This document shows positions 21,231 through 26,816 of a stretch of DNA of 26,816 nt, piece by piece. Numbering within the stretch: position 1 is the first letter of the stretch; every line of letters starts with the position of its first letter. Under the pieces are notes generated by a model that worked only from the letters and a program-made list of their open reading frames with translations, did not search any database and was not told the origin of the DNA. The position numbers and the translations under genes were made by a program. The stretch is from the NCBI GenBank assembly GCA_977017575.1, contig CDRNVI010000205.1, forward strand, positions 1 to 26,816, written 5' to 3'. The stretch comes from Paramoeba atlantica. Taxonomy: Eukaryota > Protista > Discosea.

Positions 21231-22015
21231 ATGATTTGGAAAAATTCCTGGAATGACGCCAAGCACTTGACTTATTTAGACTATTCAGGCAGTGACGACA
21301 GCAACTATCCGGTGGCAAAGGAAAAGTTTCTGAATTTTCTGAGTGACCTCGCTTGTGTTTGCACCACAAAAACAGTTTTCTTTTTTCAGTTTTACCCTCC
21401 TCTTTTTCGGAAAAATAGTCCAATATGGATTGGTATGATGATCATGGGGATGAAATAACATTCTGTGTTGGAGACACAATGTCTGATGGAAGCACTATCC
21501 AAATGATTGAAAGAATCCATCCACGAGCAATATCTTATAGGTGGAATGAAACAATGTGTAATCTCTGTAAGTCTCTCCCTGTGGCACTTCTTTTTCCTTG
21601 TATTATCCCACTGGTTTGGTTCCCCACACCATACACGAAAGAGAACACAGAACTTGAAATGAAAAACAAAGCCTTGCTGGTTTCAGATCAGTCAGTGAAA
21701 TTGCACCAAAACGAATATACCAGAGCGGGATGTCTGGTCTGCTGCGAGACTAGAACTCAACCAAAAGAGAATTTCAAGGTTGGATATGAGTTTCTTCAGG
21801 ATGTTACAATGGATCTACCAAGCTGCGTCAAGACATGTTGTGAGCGCAGTAATCCTGGGCCTACACTTATGGTTTGAGTTTTTCTCTTTTTTCTCTTATT
21901 TTCCTTCTCTTTCCTTATTATCAACTGTTTCCTTCAGTTTCAGAGCAATGGTCATGATTTCATCTGGCAACCTTTTCATGTCAAGGAAGAAGAACTTCAA
22001 GAAACAAGAAGATGA
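21231..22015 (+). CDS. Putative intact 3-exon Cys-rich protein with one hydrophobic segment (~218 aa), function unknown
   Basis: join(21231-21356, 21419-21871, 21938-22015) with phase-0 GT-AG introns and pyrimidine-rich acceptors; no internal stops. LPVALLFPCIIPLVWFP is hydrophobic; CLVCC and CVKTCC clusters follow. Confidence 0.5.
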
Positions 22016-22217
22016 ATTGAACACGTCTACTTTGGTACAGACTAAAGAAGGTGTGTCAGAAATATGTTGAATGGACAATTGAAGAGCAGTCCTCAGAAGT
22101 CTCACGAAAAAGCGAGAAACTTCTTGATGACATCATCAATGGTGTTCTTTATTTAGATTCACAGAAGGTCAACTTGGAGGAGATTGGGAATTGACTTGGA
22201 GAAGATCAAGAGTCAGA

Positions 22218-22690
22218 TCAAACGAATAGAGCAGAGAGCCAAGTGTCTTCAGAGTAGCGCACATTGCTTGTGTGCACTCTCCCCGCCCGAGAAGTCCTTC
22301 GTTTAGGAGAAACGAAGGTGCTTGAAGAAGAGCTCAAGGAGCTTGAAGAGCTTGAGGACTTGGAAGAGGAAGAAGACTTCTTGGTTGATTTAGAGGTTGA
22401 AGATTTGGAGGTTTTTGATGATTTAGAGGAAGAGGAAGAGGAAGAGGACTTCTTGGATGACTTGGAAGTCGATGATTTGGAGGATGATGACTTAAAGGAA
22501 GATGATTTAGAAGGAGGTGGATTCAGAGAGTGTTTCTGATGATACCTTTTGATTTGTTCTGAAGCATCAATTTGTGAAACATGGATCCATTCAGCATCAG
22601 CCTTTTGGTAGTGTTTGAAATGCACTTGATAATAAAGTTTTCCATTTGAATACTTATGCTTAAGGATTTCCTTCACTTCAAAATCATAAC
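22218..22690 (-). pseudogene. Chromodomain plus Ser/Lys-rich tail at the integrase C-terminus
   Basis: YDFEVKEILKHK...LYYQVHFKHY...AEWIHVSQI...IKRY, then ~70 aa of S/K low complexity, SPKRR and RTSRAGR..VRY. Confidence 0.88.
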
Positions 22691-22871
22691 CATCATCATC
22701 TTCAACAATCTCTTCAGGTGCTGGCTCTGAATTAACAATAGATATTTCATTTGATTCAGAATGCAGAGTAATCTCATACCGAACATGGAGTTTCTTTAAG
22801 TTCTGAATGTTTTGGATTTCTGAATTCTTCTCTCATTTGAGTTCTTGAATCCAGTAACTTCCATTCTTAAG

Positions 22872-23291
22872 TGGGTTGGTGCCCGTAGTTTAGTTGTAAA
22901 TTCGACTATGTCCAACCCCAGGGGGGCAAGTTCAAATCCCAGTTTTTCGATATTATAGAAAATTTTTCTGGTGCTGTAGAGTGATTTGATTGGAGTGAGG
23001 AGCTCTTGAAGAAGTGTGAAAATCGGAACAGGTTACATCTCAGCCCTGTCTGCTAAAAAGTTGAGGATAAATTCCCTTGGAAGGAGCTTTGGATTATTCT
23101 CCCTTCTGATGTGCATCCTCCAGCCTGAACTTGCAGAAGTTCTAAAGTTCAGCATAAAGACCGACTGAACTAAGCTGAAGTTTAAAACTTCACTTCTCGT
23201 TAGAGGTTAAAAACAAACATAATTTAATGTAATTCAAATGGCTTAGATTAAGAACTACTAATTGAATAAAGTCTGCCTCAAAAAAAAAAAA
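22872..23291 (+). mobile_element. tRNA-derived SINE, copy 2 (420 bp, 16-bp TSD), inserted in the Gypsy integrase C-terminus
   Basis: TSD aacttccattcttaag at 22856-22871 and 23292-23307. Same A/B boxes, body, AATAAA and A tail as copy 1. Confidence 0.94.
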
Positions 23292-23307
23292 AACTTCCAT
23301 TCTTAAG

Positions 23308-24789
23308 ATCCTCCACAACCACATAAATCTCTTGGTAGTAATAGGGTCTGTACTTCTTCACAATCTCTTTTCCTTTTGATTTGTTTCTCTTCAACACTTG
23401 ATCACCAACCTTCAACACAGTGTATGTTCCTTCATTTGCTTTGTCATATCGTTGTTTTTGTTTCACAGCCACTTTCTCTCTCTCCTCTCAAACCCAATTA
23501 ATCACACCCTCCCTCTCAGTTTGTAGCTTCTTGATGTAGTCATCAATCAGTACCACTGGTTTGTTCACAGAGCCAAAGAGAGAATCAATTGGCATAATTG
23601 GATGTCTCCCAAAGTGAAGATAGAAAGGTGTGTAACCAGTCGAGGAGGAACGAGAAGTATTGAAAGCAAATTCCACAAGAGGTAAGAGAAGGTCCCAATC
23701 GTCTGCATATTTATCAACAAATGAGCGAATGATTGATTCTGTAACTTTGTGGGAACATTCAACACAGCCGTTACTTTTGGAGTTGTAGGGGGCAATAAAG
23801 GTTTGTTTCATTCTAAGAAGCTGGGTCAGTTCTGCAAAAATTTGATTTGCAAATTCTGAACCATTATCTGTTACTATCCGCAAAGGTATTGAATTAACAC
23901 AAACATACTGAAGTAAGGCTTCAGCAGAGGCTTCAGCAGAGGGATCTGGAATTGCATACAGACGTATATAGCCACTAAAGTTATCAAGGATAGCCAAAAT
24001 AAAAGAATTCCCATGAGCAGTGACTTTTGGTCTCTTTGTACAATCCAGGTGGAGTAAAATTCCAGGATAAGAAGCCATGTAAGGGTTTAAATCAGATGTC
24101 AATGTCTTTGTTTTCGAGTTGATTGCACAATTAAGGCAACAGTGATAGTAACCTTTGATCGTGGCACTCATACCAGGAAAATAATAGGAGACAGCAATTG
24201 CATCATAAAGTCGCTTGAACTTGTGGTGTCCAGAGATTAGATCTGAATGATAAGTGTCAAATACTGTATTCCACAAACTCTGGGGCAGAATTGCAGGTGG
24301 GAGACAACCAGCAGCTGTAGTTTCATCCACTTTCCTCAAGATTCCGGATTCATCAACCCAGTACTTGTGAGCAGTTCGTTGGAGTGCCTGAAGATAGCGC
24401 TTCCTCTTAGGCAAGAGGCCATTAATCAAGTAATTAATAATCATTGAGCAAAACTTATCTTTCCTTTGAGCCTGAGCAAGGTAAGGAAGTTCAACTAAAA
24501 CCTGATCAATGTCATCCGTATCTGCTTCAACATTCTCAGAACTTTCTTTTGCTGTGGAAAGTGGCAGAGGCAGTGATCGAATAGGAGGAATGTCATGAAT
24601 TTCCGGCTCACTGATTAATTCAATTTTTTCTAAAATGTCGTTTTGTCTCGAGAGGATATGGGCTTTTCCTGAAGAAGATTGTCCCAAATCCACCAACTCT
24701 TCAAACCAACAAGTCACATAATCCTTTGAAGTGGCCTTATCATGATATCCAACATACTGGCGGCTTAGAGCATCAGGGATTGCCATCAA
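23308..24789 (-). pseudogene. Gypsy RH-INT linker and integrase (HHCC, DDE)
   Basis: AIPDALSR, H...GH...C..C, LHLD, ILDNFS, IVTDNGSEF, SNGCVE(C), WDLLLP..EFAFN, TGYTPFYLHFGR. Confidence 0.94.
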
Positions 24790-24831
24790 CTTTCCAGGTT
24801 TGTGAATGACCTTTGGGTGATATTCTAGAAT

Positions 24832-26058
24832 TCAAGCAACCCAATCGCACAGCATATCATGGTTCAGTACTTTCTGTTGACCTGTTTTAAACACAGATTT
24901 GAGAGATTCGCAATCACAGAACACAATAGGATTTCGACCACAGACGTAATACTTGAAGTTGTTTAATGCCCACAGGATTCTAAGGCCCTCCTGCAGAGGA
25001 TTAGTGTACTTCTGCTGTGTCTCTGTGAGTGTTCGAGAAGCATACTCAATAACTCGGTGGTGGCCATCTTGATCCATCTGAGTGAGAATCACTCCAAGAC
25101 CAAGCTTGCTGGCGTCAACATGGATAAAAAATTCCTTTGAGAAGTCAGGATGGGCCATACAGGTTTCAAATGTCAAGAGCTCCTTTAAGAGATGTATCTC
25201 TTTGATGGATTCTTGGGATAGCAAAAACTTCTTTGGATCCATCACTTTGGCTTTTCTCAAGTGTGTTGTTAAGCTGGATGAACGAGGGATGAACCGTTTT
25301 AACCAAGTAACCATTCTCAAAAATCTCTCAACTTCCTTTGGAGTAGTCAGAAGTGGGTAATTCTGGATTGCCTCAACTTTTTTCAGATTTGGCTTCAAAC
25401 CATCCTTCGTTGCAATAAATCCAAGAATTTCAAAATTTGGCTTGCAAAACGAGCACTTTGCTGGTTGGAGCATCAAATCATTGTCCCTCAATCTTTGGAA
25501 AATTTTCGTCAGATCAGCCAGATGTTGTTCAAACGTTGAGCTGTAACAAAGGATATCATCAATGTAGGCAAAACAACATTGCCAAACCAGACCACTCAAG
25601 ACCGTTTCAATAAACCGTTGTTGTGTTGCTGGAGCATTACATAACCCAAAAGGCATTGAGAGAAATTCCCAGAGACCATATTTGCTGGTAAAGGCAGCCT
25701 TTTCAATGTCTCCTTCTCTGATTGGGATCGACCAGAAAGCCTCAGACAGGTCAATAGAGGAAAAATAAGAAGAACTGCCAAGTGCAGCTAAGATTTCATC
25801 CATACGGGGTAGTGGATAAGAGTCCTTCTTTGTTTTTTCATTCAGGCGATGGAAATCCACACAAAACCAAACATTTCCATTCTTCTTGTCTGCCAAGAGA
25901 ATTGGAGCAGCCCAAGAAGAGTTAGATTTTCTAATCACTTTCCTTTTCACCATCTTGTCAATATGTTTCCATATGATGCAGTCTTCGACAGGTGTGGTTC
26001 TATGGGGTTTTGCTCTCAAGGGTGGACCCTCTGCCTCAATTGGATGACTCATTGCCAT
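24832..26058 (-). pseudogene. Gypsy reverse transcriptase and RNase H
   Basis: SSWAAPILL..KKNG, CVDF.RLN, YPLPRMDE, IDLSEAFW, MPFGLCNAPATQQ, YIDDIL, KCSF, VDASKLGLG, YASRTL. Confidence 0.96.
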
Positions 26059-26079
26059 GGTCCTAGTAATTGGACCTTC

Positions 26080-26640
26080 TCACTTCTCATCCCACAAGTC
26101 TTGGAAAGAAACCAACATCTCTGCTAATTGTATTTTCTGCCTGTCATTCAATTCAGCATTATCCAAACCAAATTTCTCATATGCTTCTTTGAATTTATCA
26201 GGTGGATCTTTTTTATGTGCAATAGACTTGTTTTGGGTGGCAATGTGAGTAAGCAATTGTATCACAGATGAGTCACAATCGAGGTCAGGGTCGGGGTTTC
26301 TGGTGGATCGATCAGATTTGCCATTCTGATGATCATGCAACTTCTGTCTCTTCCGTTTAGGTTTTTGAAATAAATCCTCATCCTCAATCATTTTCTCAAG
26401 CCATGGTCCAGCGAGTGCACAGAGATAATTGGCACCAGTCTTTGCATTAACTGATTTTGTGCAAGGTGGTTGTTTCTTGGGTACAGATTTTCGAAGACAG
26501 GGTTCAATCAAAGAGTGTTTCAAGAGTTGAAGAAGCTCAGTGTTTTCGACATCATGGTCATTAAGCTGATAAACCGTTCCAACTTCAAGATTTTTCTTCA
26601 CTTGAACCTCAATCTCAGAATGATTCATCACAAGAACATT
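26080..26640 (-). pseudogene. Gypsy protease-RT linker region
   Basis: VLVMNHSEIEVQVKKNLEVG and LNDRQKIQLAEMLVSFQDLW resemble typical pre-RT Gypsy segments; in frame with RT. Confidence 0.7.
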
Positions 26641-26643
26641 CTT

Positions 26644-26816
26644 TTTTTTTTTTTTTCTTTTTGAGGCAGACTTTATTCAATTAGTAGTTCTTAATCTAAG
26701 CCATTTGAATTACATTAAATTATGTTTGTTTTTAACCTCTAACGAGAGGTGAAGTTTTAAACTTCAGCTTAGTTCAGTCGGTCTTTATGCTGAACTTTAG
26801 AACTTCTGCAAGTTCA
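26644..26816 (-). mobile_element. SINE copy 3 (3' end only; runs off the window), inserted in the Gypsy pol
   Basis: The poly(T) run is followed by sequence identical to copy 1 from gaggcagactttattc to the window end. Confidence 0.93.

Larger units (their letters stand above)
22218..26643 (-). mobile_element. Ty3/Gypsy chromovirus-type LTR retrotransposon pol (RT-RH-INT-chromodomain); 5' part lies beyond SINE copy 3 and the window end
   Basis: One reading frame once SINE copy 2 and one TSD (436 bp) are removed. Domain order is RT-RH-INT-CHD. No 3' LTR was recognised. Confidence 0.93.

Noticed and set aside
22872-22945. Functional tRNA gene
   Set aside because: No acceptor-stem partner or proper anticodon arm. 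It is the head of a repeated, TSD-flanked, A-tailed element.
4511-26640. Alternative genetic code (stop codons reassigned), suggested by many in-frame stops without frameshifts
   Set aside because: The same stop codon replaces different residues: TAG stands for W and Q by paralog comparison, and TGA for R and W. Invariant Arg codons also show CpG-type missense changes. Deamination explains all of these.

Overview
Left chromosome end of an AT-rich, intron-containing eukaryote. It looks protist-like, but I cannot name the taxon from this window. From the end inward: about 930 bp of (CCCTAAA)n telomere, about 10 copies of a 175-190 bp subtelomeric satellite, A/G-rich low-complexity DNA, then a nested cluster of decayed transposable elements. 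The cluster holds a five-exon Transib/RAG1-core-like transposase relic, a near-complete Ty1/Copia element whose primer binding site matches the anticodon arm of tRNA-Lys(CUU), a single-ORF L1/Tx1-like LINE preceded by a diverged paralog of its own ORF1, a DIRS-type tyrosine recombinase fragment, a chromodomain Ty3/Gypsy, and three copies of a ~420 bp tRNA-derived SINE with 16-bp target site duplications. One small, apparently intact 3-exon Cys-rich gene sits among these remnants. The elements are inactivated almost entirely by C>T/G>A transitions at CpG and CpA sites, with many in-frame stops and almost no frameshifts, which points to methylation-driven or RIP-like hypermutation. All alignments, translations and counts were done by eye; no database searches were run.
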